In this document: in pieces, positions 26,303-26,492 of the stretch
How the letters are laid out: each line of letters opens with the position of its first letter
Position numbering within the stretch: the first letter of the stretch is position 1
Source: a virus
Lineage: Duplodnaviria > Caudoviricetes
Strand: one strand, 5' to 3'
Virus record (IMG/VR): IMGVR_UViG_3300046009_007384
Location: 1-26,492 of that record
Length of the DNA stretch: 26,492 nucleotides
Position numbers and translations under genes: made by a program
The notes under the pieces: model-generated
Told to the model about the DNA's origin: nothing
The model's input: only the letters and a program-made list of their open reading frames with translations
Databases searched by the model: none

Positions 26303-26492
26303 ATTTCATTAATTAATTGGTTTAAAATTTGAACAGCTTGTTCTTGTCCTTTTGCTTTTACTAAGTCACTGAAATCTGTGACTTTAGGTAGTTCAGGTAC
26401 AAAAAAATGAGGAACCCCATACCTTTGTGTAAAACCTAAAGAAAGTTTTTTACCTGCTTCGTCATTGTCAAACAGACAAATTACTTTTTTAA
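26299..26492 (-). CDS. dnaG: DnaG-type primase, C-terminal TOPRIM part (partial; not in the ORF track)
   Basis: Manual translation from 26490: KKVICLFDNDEAGKK...KVTDFSDLVKAKG...NEI*. The FDNDEAG and DxSD motifs are present, and the TGA overlaps the rIIA ATG. Confidence 0.85.
   Translation of the reverse strand, partial: KKVICLFDNDEAGKKLSLGFTQRYGVPHFFVPELPKVTDFSDLVKAKGQEQAVQILNQLINEI

Overview
AT-rich, gene-dense segment of a crAss-like (Crassvirales-type) phage, most likely with a Bacteroidota host. The + strand carries the 3' end of an upstream gene and two giant, probably virion-packaged and injected proteins. The first is a 3075-aa single-chain two-barrel RNA polymerase (RIP...DFDID motif) fused to an HEXXH zincin domain. 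The second is a ~2258-aa mosaic polyvalent protein with an EVQSD-type module, a degenerate zincin, a P-loop domain, an ADP-ribosyltransferase-like domain and a helical C-terminal body. A structured intergenic region with an intrinsic terminator (16254-16426) separates these from a convergent, tightly coupled minus-strand replication/repair operon: primase 3' end (missed by the ORF track), rIIA, rIIB, RusA-like resolvase, PD-(D/E)XK exonuclease, spore-photoproduct-lyase-like radical SAM enzyme, a UNG-fold protein lacking its catalytic motifs, an HTH-like protein, a MazG-like pyrophosphatase, a DUF1599-like protein and small hypotheticals. Most notable: the only cysteines in ~5300 residues of giant proteins sit at the protein termini; the polyvalent gene looks like variable cassettes between anchor blocks of different codon usage; and a radical SAM, dead UNG, MazG and DUF1599 cluster together. 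All calls come from motif recognition by eye; no searches were run.
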